Below are positions 1 to 11,135 of a stretch of DNA of 64,000 bases, one piece after another. Source of the stretch: a virus; the IMG/VR virus record IMGVR_UViG_3300009149_000024, positions 7,775-71,774 of that record; one strand, 5' to 3'. Below the pieces are notes generated by a model. The model was given only the letters and a program-made list of their open reading frames with translations. It was not told the DNA's origin and did not search any database. The stretch's first letter is position 1; the number at the start of each line of letters is the position of its first letter. The position numbers and the translations under genes were made by a program.

Positions 1-34
1 TAGAGTCTTATAATGAATTTGAAACATAAAAAAA

Positions 35-712
35 ATGTCACAGATAATAATAGCAGAAGCAATATCAAGAATAAGAGGCCAGGTTAAAGCTGAGGTTCAA
101 GATTCTTTTGTAACAGATAGATATATCTACAGTTTAATAGAAAAGTATTCTCAAGTTTTAATGAGAAGACAAGATTCATTAAACAAACTAATGAAGTTTA
201 ACTCAGTATGGGCAACACTTCCATACGTTGAAATGATTGATGTTGACAAAGTAGAAGCGGGTTGTTCTGGAATAACTAGTGGTTGTACCATTAAACGTTC
301 AAAACTTAAGTTGCCATCAATGGTTGAAGGTTATTGGGGTCCACTGATTAGAACTATAAGTTCTATAGATGGTTCACAAGAACTTCAAGCTACATATCCT
401 GGAGTATATACATCCATGACTAAAACAACATCCTTTAAATATAATAGAGTAAAATATTTTTGGTGGTTAAATGGTTACATTTATTCACCTAATATTGAAT
501 GGGATGCTGTCAAAGTTGAAGGTGTATTTAATGATGATATTACAAAGTGGAACTGTGATGAAAAAGATGATTGCACACCAAGATATAAACAACCAATATA
601 TGTACCTGAAGCAATGTTTGCTGAGATTGAATCTCAAATCATAAATATTATGATGAACACAATGAAGATACCTAGTGAAGATTCTGATAATAAACAAAAC
701 ATACATAGATAA
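35..712 (+). CDS. putative tail/neck ring protein (crAss-like)
   Basis: 225-aa ORF, stop overlaps next start (TAATG), first of the genes preceding the tail stabilization protein; call is by synteny. Confidence 0.55.
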   Translation: MSQIIIAEAISRIRGQVKAEVQDSFVTDRYIYSLIEKYSQVLMRRQDSLNKLMKFNSVWATLPYVEMIDVDKVEAGCSGITSGCTIKRSKLKLPSMVEGYWGPLIRTISSIDGSQELQATYPGVYTSMTKTTSFKYNRVKYFWWLNGYIYSPNIEWDAVKVEGVFNDDITKWNCDEKDDCTPRYKQPIYVPEAMFAEIESQIINIMMNTMKIPSEDSDNKQNIHR

Positions 713-1656
713 TGGGAGTATCACATAAATATAGAACATTCACTCAACTATATGAAGATGTTGCAGTTGACTTTGCATCTTATTCATTGGAAGGAATGAT
801 TGAACCACAACAATTAATTAAAGTTGCTACTAAAATTAATTATGAATTAGGTTTAAAAATACATAGAACTAAAGAAACAATAATTGATGTTGAACACGGT
901 AGAGCTCAATTACCTAGAGATTTTGCATATATTAATTATGCATTTCTTTGTGGTGAATATCATATCAATGCAACAATGCCTTCCGGTACACATGTTGAAA
1001 CATTCAATGATGTACCTTATGTACCAGCACCTGGAGAAGTTGCTGCATGTAGTACGGGAGAAGGATGTGCTGATGTATGTGTTGTTAAGACATGTGAAGA
1101 TAAAAATAGTTATCAGTTAGTTCAAAGAATTTCACCAAATCAATATAGAACTTATAGTACTTGGACAGAATTAAAAATTCAAGACATAAATCAAAAGAGT
1201 TGTTTTTGTCCTGACCTTGCTGCACAAGCACCTGATATTGCGCAAATAGTTGATGGATTTTTAATGACTAACTTTACTAGTGGTAGAGTTTATATAAGTT
1301 ATCAAGGAGCTATGGAATCTCCTGATGGAGACTTATTAGTTCTTGATCAACCTCTTTGTAATGAATATTATGAGTATGCCTTAAAACAAAGAATACTTGA
1401 AAATATGATATGGCAAGGAGAACAGGTTGCACCTCAATTACAATTAATTGAGACACGTTTAAGACCAGCAAGAAATAATGCATTATCATTTGTAAATACA
1501 CCTGATTTTGCTGAGATGCAAAAAGTTTTTGTAATGAACAGAAGAGCTCAATATCATAATTATTATAATATGTTTAAAAGCTATGCTCCTTATAATCCAA
1601 GACTTCATACAGGAATCAATACATCAAGTAGTATAAATAATCCTACTTACCAATAA
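712..1656 (+). CDS. putative tail tubular/ring protein with Cys-rich insert
   Basis: 314-aa ORF immediately upstream of the large tail stabilization gene, as in crAss-like tail modules. Confidence 0.55.
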   Translation: MGVSHKYRTFTQLYEDVAVDFASYSLEGMIEPQQLIKVATKINYELGLKIHRTKETIIDVEHGRAQLPRDFAYINYAFLCGEYHINATMPSGTHVETFNDVPYVPAPGEVAACSTGEGCADVCVVKTCEDKNSYQLVQRISPNQYRTYSTWTELKIQDINQKSCFCPDLAAQAPDIAQIVDGFLMTNFTSGRVYISYQGAMESPDGDLLVLDQPLCNEYYEYALKQRILENMIWQGEQVAPQLQLIETRLRPARNNALSFVNTPDFAEMQKVFVMNRRAQYHNYYNMFKSYAPYNPRLHTGINTSSSINNPTYQ

Positions 1657-1670
1657 AGAATTAAATTACT

Positions 1671-4600
1671 ATGGCACAAGAGAATCAAAATCCTGGAACA
1701 TCTTCTGTAAACACTAATTCATTTTTAAAAGGAATGAATAAGGATGTTACACAAGCTATGGAACCAAAAGAAAGTTGGTGGCATGCACGTAATGCTGCAA
1801 ACAATTCTACTGATGGTGATCTAGGGGTAATTGGTAATGAACCATCAAATTTACAATGTGGTGTAATACCGTACACAATTATTGGTGCCATACATAGATA
1901 TGGAGATCAATGGGTTGTGTTTTCTACAGATAATGTAAATTCTGAAATTGGTAGGTTTGATGATAGTTTATGTAAGTATGAAGTTATTGTTAATGATCCT
2001 TGTTTAAACTTTAATACAAAACATTTAATAACTGGTGCAGCAAAAGAAAATTTTGATTGTACTTGGCAAGTATATTGGGATGATGGTAATAACCCATCAC
2101 GTACATTAAATATTGATAATGTACCCTGGATTCAGACAATATCATCTGCACCTGGAGATCCTTGTATTACTTATACAGATGAAGCAAATTTAAATTGTGA
2201 AAAGATTAGACTTGCTCCTTTATTAGATACACCTTGTGTTAGTTTAACTAAATCAATAGATGGTGGTATGTTGCAAAATGGAGCATATCAAGCATTTGTT
2301 GCTTATACAGAAAATGAACAAAGAGTAACTGATTATATTGGTGTTTCTAATATTCAAACATTATGGTCACATTCTGGTACAGGAGGTTCATTAAATCTTA
2401 AATTAAGCAATTTAGATGAAGATTATGATTACTATGAATTAGTATTACTTATAAGAAATCAAGGTCAAATATATGCTAAAAGGATAGGTCTTTATAGTAC
2501 ACAACAAAAAGATATTAATATTGATTACGTAGATGATACTTTACTAGCTATAGATTTAAAAATAATTCCTCAAAGAAGTCCTGCTTATGAAAAATCAAAT
2601 GCAATGTATGTTGTAAATGATTGGCTTATAAGACAAGGACCAGTAACTCAATTTGATTTTAATTATCAACCAATAGCAAATCAAATTAAAGTTAATTGGG
2701 TAGCAAATGAAATAGATGCTAGTTATTATCATTTAGGTGGTAATAAAATGGGGTTCTTAAGAGATGAGCAATATGCTTTCTTTATTAGATGGATTTATAA
2801 TACAGGAGAAAGATCTTCTTCTTATCATATTCCGGGTAGAGCTTCTGAACCATTTACAACTCCTAGTGGAACATATATGGAGGATGAAATTATATATGGT
2901 GATAATGTTTTAGATCTTGCAGGTGATCCTTTATTTAAAGTTTATAATACAGGAAGTATTACAGCACAAAACTTAACAGAAGTTCAAGCTGATGGTTCAT
3001 TGGTTATTGCTAGAGGTAAAATGGGTTATTGGGAATCTACAGAAAGATATCCGGCCAATAGACCAGACATATGGGGTGATCTTTGTGGTAAACCAATTAG
3101 ACACCATAAGTTTCCTACTGAAGAATTAGGAGGTGCAAACTCACCTTTGCATATAAGTACAACAGATGGAGATTTAATTAATTTATTAGGTGTTGAATTT
3201 ACCAATATAGGCAGACCAAAAAATAATGATGGTACTTACATTACTAATGTAGTAGGTTATGAAATACTAAGAGGTTCAAGAGCAGGAGCCAAATCTATTT
3301 TAGCAAAAGGTTTATTTAGAAACATGCGTAAGTATACTATACCTAATGCAGAAAACTTAATAGGTGGTTCTGTTCAGGGATTGTATCCTAATTATCCATA
3401 TAATGATTTAAGACCTGATGTTTATTTTCATGATGGAAATGCCAACTCTATTCATAGAACAGAAGGATGTGATAATTATTCAGGATCAATTAGCAGCTTT
3501 AGACCTCTAGGTTCAGCACCAGCTACAGCTGGAGATCCTTCTGGATATTCTAAAAAAGTATTTACATTTTCATCACCTGATCTAATGTTTACCAAACCTT
3601 TTCTTAATGCATATGAAACTAGATTATATGGATATGTAAGCGGTAATTCAAGTGGTTATTTTAAAGCTTCTGAGGATCATCCACAATTTAAATTACTAAG
3701 GAATGGTGCTGCAATCATTGCTGCTGTTATTGGGGTAGGATATGCTATGCATAAAATGCTGGGTACTAGAAGTAAAACTGTTGAAGGTGCTAAAGGTAGT
3801 TATCAAGCAAATGATTTTTATTTAGGTTTTGGTACTGGTGGTACAACAGGTGGTGGTGCAAATCTTGTAGTAAATGCTGCTGGAGCTGGTATAGCTTCTG
3901 GAGCTTCAACACTTGGTCAAATAGCTTTAAATGCATTACTCAATGATGTAATAGGTTTAGCAGATCTTTATGCTGGTGGTATAGCTACATATGCATTAGA
4001 TATGGTTAATGCGGGAATTGTTACTCTTGCTGGTGCATCACCTGGTACAATTGGTGGTTCATTAAATAATACACAAATAAATGATTCATCTGAATCTTCA
4101 TTACCATATATTGTAAGATTCTTTGTAGCTCAAGCTATGTCTAGAACTAATATAGCCATTGGTGGGAATGAAATATTAGAATTAATTTATAACTTAATTA
4201 ACAAGTCTGATTTTGCATTTAAATATAATTCTTATGGATTTTTTAATTCATTTACTAAGATTAATACAGGATTATTTAGAATTAAAAATACAGATTCAAA
4301 TTATTTAGGTCAATCATTTCAATCATTTGATAATGGTAATTATAAAATTAATAATTTATTTAGACCTTCTACTGTAGCTGTTTCATTAAGTAATCCTGTA
4401 ACGGAACCAAGTGTAATTGATAAATCAAGATTTACAATTGGAGGTTCCGTTAGTACTACAGGTAGTGTTAATGTTACAGATGGTAATATAACTAATCCAT
4501 CAACTAAACATAAAACACCTATATCAGCTTATTATGGTGCTCTTAAATTTAATTTTGATAATCAGTATGGTCAACTAGATGGTATTAAGCAAGTTCAAAT

Positions 4601-7112
4601 GAGAGGTTGTGTAGAATATTTAGATCCTACTAAACCTGATGCTTTTAAATATTCTAGTTCAGCTATATTTGGTGGTGATACATTTATTACTAGATATACT
4701 GAAAAAGTTATTATGCCAATATTTGCACAATATTTATTAGGGCAACCAGATGAATTTACATATGATTATTCTCAACATGTTAATATACCTTATCCAAGAT
4801 TTTGGTTAAATTCTCAAAAATTTGATATGAGTGTTTTGGCTGGTGAGATTGCTTCTTTAGGTCTTATAAGTTCTAGTAATTTAGATGCTATTTTTCCTAG
4901 TGATTTATTTTATTTAGACAGAGGATCAAATAGTTGTGCTAGTGGTTTGACCGCAATCTTTGGTAATAGTAGTGATCCTAATCCTAAGTTTGCTATGAGA
5001 TATGCATATATGTATACTCACGTCAATGGTATATTGGATTTCTTTGTGGAGTCTGAAGTTAACTTAGCTAATAGAGATTGGGAAGATAGAGCTGATGCAA
5101 GAATATATGATGTATATGGTTATAATGATGTAGATGAATTGTTTCATGCTCAGATTGAAAAGAAAGACAACTTTTATAAGTATGATGAATCATTAAGTCC
5201 ATCTAAATTTGTAACACAGTTAAGTAGTTTTGGAGAAATTCAACCAAGATATTATGATCCTTATGTTGCTGCTAATTGTTATGTTAGTTATCCAAAAAGA
5301 TTAATCTATTCTTTACAAGCACAACTGGAATCTAAAAAAGATTTTTGGAGAGTATTCTTACCTTTTAACTATAAAGATTTTAAAGATAAAGTAAGTGTAA
5401 TAAAACCAATTAATAAAAGTGGGGCTATTATTTTCTTTCCTTTTTTATCTCCACAAATGTTTCAAGGTTTAGATACTTTAAAAACTCAGTTAGATACTAA
5501 ACTTACAATTGGTGATGGAGGGTTGTTTAGTCAACCATTTCAAAATGTAGTTAATTCAGATTTATCAAATGAATATGGTTCATGTGAAAGTTTAAGAAGT
5601 GTAATGAATACACCTGTAGGTTTGTTTTTTATATCTCAAGCTCAAGGAAAAATATTTCATTTTACAGGTCAAACATTGGATCCAATTTCTAATCAAGGAA
5701 TGAAATGGTGGTTTAATAAATACCTACCATCTCAACTTGTTAAACAATTTCCTCAATTAGAAGCTTCACCATTATCAGATAATCCTGTAGTTGGTGTAGG
5801 TTGTCAAACAATCTATGACCCTAATGATGATGTAGTTTACTTTATGAAAAAAGATTATAGAGTTAAAGCTTCATATATTGCAAATGTTTCATATGCTGAG
5901 AGTAGAGGTTTTACATTAAATAATGGTTCAAGTAGAAATCCTATTACATTGGGTGATCCAATATTCTTTGATGATTGTTCTTGGACTGTAAGTTATGATC
6001 CTAAAGCCAAAGCTTGGATATCATTTCATGATTGGCATCCAGAATTTGCATTACCTAGTATCAACCATTTCTTTACTACTAAGACTATGGCTACTACTAT
6101 ACCACAATGTCCTCCAGGGTATAATTTTAATTCTACTAATGGATTATGTGAAAGATCAATTAATATTAATGAGCCGGCTATTGTTACAGTAGATCAAATT
6201 AACTCTGTTGTTAATGGTGGGCCAGTTAATTGTTTATGCGCACCTGGTTATACAAAAGTATTTTTTAATACAGCAACAAGTCTTTATACTTCACCAACAG
6301 GTGTGTGTGATGACATTACACCACCGGTATGTAGAAAAGTAAGTTGTGAATGTCCAGAATCTCCTGCAGGTAGTGTTACTACAACAACAGGAAACTGTGA
6401 TGATGTATACTTACTTGGTGATCCAACATATGTGAATCCAAATCCACAGATCTGTAATTTTTATAAATATGAATCTACACCTGCTAACTATAAAGTTGGT
6501 TCATTCTGGAGACATAATGTAAGATGTGATAGCTTTGCTAATTTTTATGGTACTGATTATCCATGGGAAGTAGAATTAGTTTCTAATACGGGACAAATGG
6601 TTAACACTGTTAGAAGTATGGAATACCAATTAGAATCTTATGTATACAAAGGGGATATGGGACATGCTTGTAATGATGACAGATGGGAAGATTTAAATTT
6701 TAATTTTGATCAATCTGTTATTTATAATAATGAACAAGTGTCTGGGTTCTTACAATTAACTCCAACACCATATAATGATCCTGTATTAGAATTGAGTTAT
6801 CCTATAATCAACTGGAACAGTATTAATATACTATGTTCTAAGGTTGAGCAAAAATATAGATTCAATCAGTTCTATGATATTACTAATGATAGAGGTGAGT
6901 TTACAAATGCTGAACAAGCTATATGGAATACACAACCTAATGGATATATAAAACTTTTAAATACTACAAATTTAAATTATAATAAGGCTCCATTACAACA
7001 TAAGAAGTTTAGACATTATTATAACAATGTTATTTTAAGAAGAGTTAATTCAGGAAATAGAAAGATGTTATTAAGATTGAATAACACTAAATTACTTTTA
7101 TCAATGAGATAA
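1671..7112 (+). CDS. tail stabilization (muzzle, P22 gp10-like) protein
   Basis: 1813 aa; N-terminal FLKGMNKD...ARNA and C-terminal WTVSYDPKAKAWISFHDWHP segments typical of crAss-like stabilization proteins; position in module. Confidence 0.75.
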   Translation: MAQENQNPGTSSVNTNSFLKGMNKDVTQAMEPKESWWHARNAANNSTDGDLGVIGNEPSNLQCGVIPYTIIGAIHRYGDQWVVFSTDNVNSEIGRFDDSLCKYEVIVNDPCLNFNTKHLITGAAKENFDCTWQVYWDDGNNPSRTLNIDNVPWIQTISSAPGDPCITYTDEANLNCEKIRLAPLLDTPCVSLTKSIDGGMLQNGAYQAFVAYTENEQRVTDYIGVSNIQTLWSHSGTGGSLNLKLSNLDEDYDYYELVLLIRNQGQIYAKRIGLYSTQQKDINIDYVDDTLLAIDLKIIPQRSPAYEKSNAMYVVNDWLIRQGPVTQFDFNYQPIANQIKVNWVANEIDASYYHLGGNKMGFLRDEQYAFFIRWIYNTGERSSSYHIPGRASEPFTTPSGTYMEDEIIYGDNVLDLAGDPLFKVYNTGSITAQNLTEVQADGSLVIARGKMGYWESTERYPANRPDIWGDLCGKPIRHHKFPTEELGGANSPLHISTTDGDLINLLGVEFTNIGRPKNNDGTYITNVVGYEILRGSRAGAKSILAKGLFRNMRKYTIPNAENLIGGSVQGLYPNYPYNDLRPDVYFHDGNANSIHRTEGCDNYSGSISSFRPLGSAPATAGDPSGYSKKVFTFSSPDLMFTKPFLNAYETRLYGYVSGNSSGYFKASEDHPQFKLLRNGAAIIAAVIGVGYAMHKMLGTRSKTVEGAKGSYQANDFYLGFGTGGTTGGGANLVVNAAGAGIASGASTLGQIALNALLNDVIGLADLYAGGIATYALDMVNAGIVTLAGASPGTIGGSLNNTQINDSSESSLPYIVRFFVAQAMSRTNIAIGGNEILELIYNLINKSDFAFKYNSYGFFNSFTKINTGLFRIKNTDSNYLGQSFQSFDNGNYKINNLFRPSTVAVSLSNPVTEPSVIDKSRFTIGGSVSTTGSVNVTDGNITNPSTKHKTPISAYYGALKFNFDNQYGQLDGIKQVQMRGCVEYLDPTKPDAFKYSSSAIFGGDTFITRYTEKVIMPIFAQYLLGQPDEFTYDYSQHVNIPYPRFWLNSQKFDMSVLAGEIASLGLISSSNLDAIFPSDLFYLDRGSNSCASGLTAIFGNSSDPNPKFAMRYAYMYTHVNGILDFFVESEVNLANRDWEDRADARIYDVYGYNDVDELFHAQIEKKDNFYKYDESLSPSKFVTQLSSFGEIQPRYYDPYVAANCYVSYPKRLIYSLQAQLESKKDFWRVFLPFNYKDFKDKVSVIKPINKSGAIIFFPFLSPQMFQGLDTLKTQLDTKLTIGDGGLFSQPFQNVVNSDLSNEYGSCESLRSVMNTPVGLFFISQAQGKIFHFTGQTLDPISNQGMKWWFNKYLPSQLVKQFPQLEASPLSDNPVVGVGCQTIYDPNDDVVYFMKKDYRVKASYIANVSYAESRGFTLNNGSSRNPITLGDPIFFDDCSWTVSYDPKAKAWISFHDWHPEFALPSINHFFTTKTMATTIPQCPPGYNFNSTNGLCERSININEPAIVTVDQINSVVNGGPVNCLCAPGYTKVFFNTATSLYTSPTGVCDDITPPVCRKVSCECPESPAGSVTTTTGNCDDVYLLGDPTYVNPNPQICNFYKYESTPANYKVGSFWRHNVRCDSFANFYGTDYPWEVELVSNTGQMVNTVRSMEYQLESYVYKGDMGHACNDDRWEDLNFNFDQSVIYNNEQVSGFLQLTPTPYNDPVLELSYPIINWNSINILCSKVEQKYRFNQFYDITNDRGEFTNAEQAIWNTQPNGYIKLLNTTNLNYNKAPLQHKKFRHYYNNVILRRVNSGNRKMLLRLNNTKLLLSMR

Positions 7113-8839
7113 TGGAAAAGAATATGCAAAATAAAGAACTTAGGGGGTTACCTGGTGGGCCAAATGAAATACCTGTCTATACTACAGGAGTGTTCTCTAC
7201 AGAAGGATTTAGAATGGATAGTCCAGATGTGAATAATGAAGTAAACATTATTCCATCTGGTTCTATAACCATGAAAGAAAAAGATGGAAGTCCTCTAAGA
7301 AAAGGACCAATTCATGGTGTAGATAATCTAGGTAATGAACAAGTTATGTATCCTGGATTTGACTATCAGTTTCCTGGTACAGAAGTAACAGAAACATTGC
7401 TAGCACAAACAGGTTATGAAGTTCCTAAAAGACGTGGTGTTAGATTAAACTATGATGACAAAGGTAATGTTGTTAGTGAGTCAACACATATAATGGCAAC
7501 AGAAACTGATGGTAAAGGTAATTGGTTTTCATTTCCAACTTTATTTCAAAACTCTATTCCTTATGCTGATGATTCTAAAAATTGGGTAGACATGTCAGAT
7601 AGACCATGGAAGGAAGCATATGAAGAAGCTAAAAAAAGAAATGAAGTTATAGAATTTGGTAAAGATAAAGAAGCTGCTATTAAATTTGGTGAAGGATCTT
7701 GGAAACCTAAAATGAAACTTGGTGGTGGTCTATTAGATAAAACTGTTAAATGTGGTAACTGTGGATGGGAATGGAAAGCTGCTGATGGTGGATCTGATGT
7801 TATGGATTGTCACAAGTGTGGTGGCAAAGGTTTGGTAAAAGCTCAGAAAGGAAAAGAAACTGAAGACACTTCATGGACAGCATACTTAAATCCAGCAAAC
7901 TGGGGTACATCTAGATATGATGATTCAGGTACATTTAAAGAAGCTTTTAGAGCAGCACGTAATGAAGGTGATTCTGATTTTTTATGGAAAGGTACCAGAT
8001 ATACAACAGAATTAAAAGATGCACCCACTACTACTGCTAAACCAAGTGCACCAAAAGGTATAACTCCAGAGCTTTTGGTAAGACAAGCATATAGAGAATC
8101 TACATTTAATCCTAAAGCAGTATCACCTGCCGGTTATAAAGGATTAGGTCAAATAGGTGATCAGGTAATTAAGGATTATAAAAAAGCAAATAATATTACA
8201 GGAACAATAGATCCTTTTAATATGAAACAAAATTCTGATGTACATAAGTATTCAATGAATGAGTTATATAATTCAAGTTTTATCAATAAACCAGGGCAGT
8301 CTGAACAAGTAAGGTTAGCTAAAACTTTAGCTGCATATAACTGGGGAAGAGGTAATGTTGCAGGTTTATTAAATGATTTAAAGGAAGATGGTGTTGATAT
8401 ATATAATAGTTTAGACTGGGTTAATAAATTACCTAAAGAATCAAGAAATTATATTAATGATATACTATTACAAAAAAACACTACCTTTAACACTGATTTT
8501 TCTAAAGCATTAAGTAATCAAAAAAACAAACCAATTACAAAATTGTATGGTTTTAGAAATGGTGGTGAATCAAAACTAGGACCTTTGATGCAAGCATATA
8601 CTAGATTGACAATAGAAAAGAAAATGGGAGGTGCTATTGCTAATAAAAAAGAACTTGGTGGACAATTAAACTCTGGTAATATCACCATGTATAAAGACTA
8701 TGTGAAAGGTAATATTGGTAATGAAGAACAAGCAATAAAAAACTATGATAAATTAAATAGGATTTACTATACTAAAGCAAAAGAGTTAGGAATGTCTGCA
8801 TCCAATTACATAATGACGTATATTGTAGGTAATTCTTAA
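7112..8839 (+). CDS. modular internal virion protein with lytic transglycosylase (SLT) domain and Zn-ribbon
   Basis: SLT motifs QAYRESTFNPKAVSPAGYKGLGQI and LAAYNWGRGNV; CxxC...CxxC (CGNC...CHKC). Confidence 0.75.
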   Translation: MEKNMQNKELRGLPGGPNEIPVYTTGVFSTEGFRMDSPDVNNEVNIIPSGSITMKEKDGSPLRKGPIHGVDNLGNEQVMYPGFDYQFPGTEVTETLLAQTGYEVPKRRGVRLNYDDKGNVVSESTHIMATETDGKGNWFSFPTLFQNSIPYADDSKNWVDMSDRPWKEAYEEAKKRNEVIEFGKDKEAAIKFGEGSWKPKMKLGGGLLDKTVKCGNCGWEWKAADGGSDVMDCHKCGGKGLVKAQKGKETEDTSWTAYLNPANWGTSRYDDSGTFKEAFRAARNEGDSDFLWKGTRYTTELKDAPTTTAKPSAPKGITPELLVRQAYRESTFNPKAVSPAGYKGLGQIGDQVIKDYKKANNITGTIDPFNMKQNSDVHKYSMNELYNSSFINKPGQSEQVRLAKTLAAYNWGRGNVAGLLNDLKEDGVDIYNSLDWVNKLPKESRNYINDILLQKNTTFNTDFSKALSNQKNKPITKLYGFRNGGESKLGPLMQAYTRLTIEKKMGGAIANKKELGGQLNSGNITMYKDYVKGNIGNEEQAIKNYDKLNRIYYTKAKELGMSASNYIMTYIVGNS

Positions 8840-8870
8840 ACCTTAAAAATTAGTAAATCTGTTGATTTAT

Positions 8871-8880
8871 TTGTATATTA
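8871..8880 (+). promoter_or_regulatory. putative phage promoter element TTGTATATT
   Basis: intergenic, ~20 nt upstream of a start; same motif recurs upstream of starts at 39516, 40304 (+) and 50014, 56949, 63041 (-). Confidence 0.45.
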
Positions 8881-8901
8881 ATAATATATAATCTAGATAA
8901 C

Positions 8902-11133
8902 GTGAAAGTAAACAATATAAGTTTAAAGCAAGAAGGAGGACAGATGACTGAACAAGTTGAGGCACAACAGCAACAACAATCAGTAGATCCTGCTATACAA
9001 CAAATTTCAGATTTTATTTCTCAAGCAATAGGACAAGGACAAAATCCTGCTGAAGTTGTTATGGCTTTAGTTGAACAACAAGTTGATCAACAAACCATTG
9101 GTCAGGCTTTGATGATGAATGGTTTTGAAGAAAATGACATTATGTCTTTGTTTGAACAAATGAGTCAAGGTCAACAACCAGAAGAACAAGTTGGTGGTGA
9201 ATCAATGCCTGTTGATAATTTAAATCAAAGTCCAGAAGAATTAACTGAAGATGAAAGCATGCATTCTGATGATATGTCATTAGAAGAAACTGAAGAAGCT
9301 GGAATGTCTATGGGTAAATCTGGAATAGAAATTAAACCTGAAAATGAAGGTAAGTTTACTAGATGGGCTGAGGCACGCGGTATGTCTGCACAAGAGGCTG
9401 CAAGTAAAGTTATGGCAAATACAAATGAGTATCCACCAGCTATAGTTAAAATGGCAAACTTTGCTAAGAATGCTGCTGGTTGGAAAAAAGAAGATGGTGG
9501 TGAAAATTATCAAATGGGTGGTGTTCCTCAAGGTAAAGTAGGAGCAGTTAATAATGTAGCAGTAGGTAATAGAGGTATGAATTGGCAAAAAGCACCTTTA
9601 TATATTAATCCAATGCAATATGAATATACCAATGATAATTTTAGTTTAGGTAAAGCTGCTGCTGTTGCATATGGTGGTTATAAAGAATTTTTAAGTGGTG
9701 CTGATGAAAATAAAGATGGTGTAAAAGATGGATTCTTTAGAGATGGTGATAAAAAATCTGCAATAAGAGATGCAAGTAAAGGTGACTACTATAACTATAA
9801 AGTTACTCAAGATGCCAATGATCCAAATAAGTACATGGCTGATAATACAGATTTATACAATACTTCAAAAGGTGAAGGTAACTTAAGAACAGTTGATCAA
9901 TATGGTAAAGATGTAGCAAGTAATTCTAGATTTAACTATGATACTAAAACTCATGCTTATAATTCTATTACTAGCAGTAGACCTATAGATGAAAGAATTT
10001 ATAATTCAGCTGCTCAAAAAAATGCAATAGCAGGTAAAGATTATAACTACTTAGCTAGCATGGATAAAGATACCAAAGCTATGATTATGAGTGGTAAAGA
10101 TGATCCTGCTGGAGTTAGAATGGGTATTGATGAAAAAGGTAATGGTATGTCATATATGCCCGGTGCAAATAATCCATATGAGTATAATACATATATGGGT
10201 ATTAATAAAGTTGCTCAAAATTCAATGATACCTACTGGAAATACAGGTCAACCTGCTCCAGCAATGGTTAATACACAACCATCAATAATGGCTGCTGCAC
10301 CTTCTAGTACTCCACCTAATGTACCACAAAAATCATTTAAAGATTGGTATTCTACAGGAGATATTATAAGAAATCAAGGTAAAAGTGAAGCACAACTTAA
10401 ATCTGATTATGAATCTTATCTTATACAAGGGTTCAAAGATGGTGGTTCTTTAGATAAAGCTCAGGTTGGTCTTCCAAATTGGTTATCAGGAATGGTTGAT
10501 CAAAATGCTTTTTATGATCCAACACAGCAAGAAGACATGTTAAATTACTTTAAGAATATGGGTCAAACTAATTATGCTCAAGATACAAAAGCTGTAGCAG
10601 ATGCAAAATTACAAAATCAAAATCCAGGATTAGGATTAACTCCACAACAACAACAAATGCAAAATATGTTTACTCCTCAACAAGGAGTAGCTGCGTCAAC
10701 ATTTCCTTTTGTTGATTCAACAGACACAACAAGTCCTACATTTGAATCACCAACAGTAGAAAGAACAAATAAACTTGAAGGTGGCTTTAATAGATTTTTG
10801 GATAGTCCTGCTGTACAAGGTTATGGAAAATTGTCTAACTTTGCAGTTAAAGGTGCTGATGTTATTAATGATTATTTTAGAGATAAAAATGTAAACAAAG
10901 CAAGAGAAGATAACTTTAATAAGTTAGGTGCTGATTATCAATATGCTACTGCAGAAGATCCTTTCAATAAAAGAGGATTATGGGATGTTAATACAGGAAC
11001 GGCAGGTAGTGAAGGAGATAGAACAACCGGTTTATATATGAGCAAGTATGGTGGTGAAAACAGTACTGTAAATGTTGATTCAAATTTATTAGCAAAATTA
11101 ATTGCAGCGGGAGCTGACATTGAAATATTATAA
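8902..11133 (+). CDS. internal virion/cargo protein, Q/M/G-rich
   Basis: 743-aa ORF with GTG start, low-complexity Q/E segments, repeated xxGG motifs, lies between tail genes and vRNAP. Confidence 0.6.
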   Translation: MKVNNISLKQEGGQMTEQVEAQQQQQSVDPAIQQISDFISQAIGQGQNPAEVVMALVEQQVDQQTIGQALMMNGFEENDIMSLFEQMSQGQQPEEQVGGESMPVDNLNQSPEELTEDESMHSDDMSLEETEEAGMSMGKSGIEIKPENEGKFTRWAEARGMSAQEAASKVMANTNEYPPAIVKMANFAKNAAGWKKEDGGENYQMGGVPQGKVGAVNNVAVGNRGMNWQKAPLYINPMQYEYTNDNFSLGKAAAVAYGGYKEFLSGADENKDGVKDGFFRDGDKKSAIRDASKGDYYNYKVTQDANDPNKYMADNTDLYNTSKGEGNLRTVDQYGKDVASNSRFNYDTKTHAYNSITSSRPIDERIYNSAAQKNAIAGKDYNYLASMDKDTKAMIMSGKDDPAGVRMGIDEKGNGMSYMPGANNPYEYNTYMGINKVAQNSMIPTGNTGQPAPAMVNTQPSIMAAAPSSTPPNVPQKSFKDWYSTGDIIRNQGKSEAQLKSDYESYLIQGFKDGGSLDKAQVGLPNWLSGMVDQNAFYDPTQQEDMLNYFKNMGQTNYAQDTKAVADAKLQNQNPGLGLTPQQQQMQNMFTPQQGVAASTFPFVDSTDTTSPTFESPTVERTNKLEGGFNRFLDSPAVQGYGKLSNFAVKGADVINDYFRDKNVNKAREDNFNKLGADYQYATAEDPFNKRGLWDVNTGTAGSEGDRTTGLYMSKYGGENSTVNVDSNLLAKLIAAGADIEIL

Positions 11134-11135
11134 CT

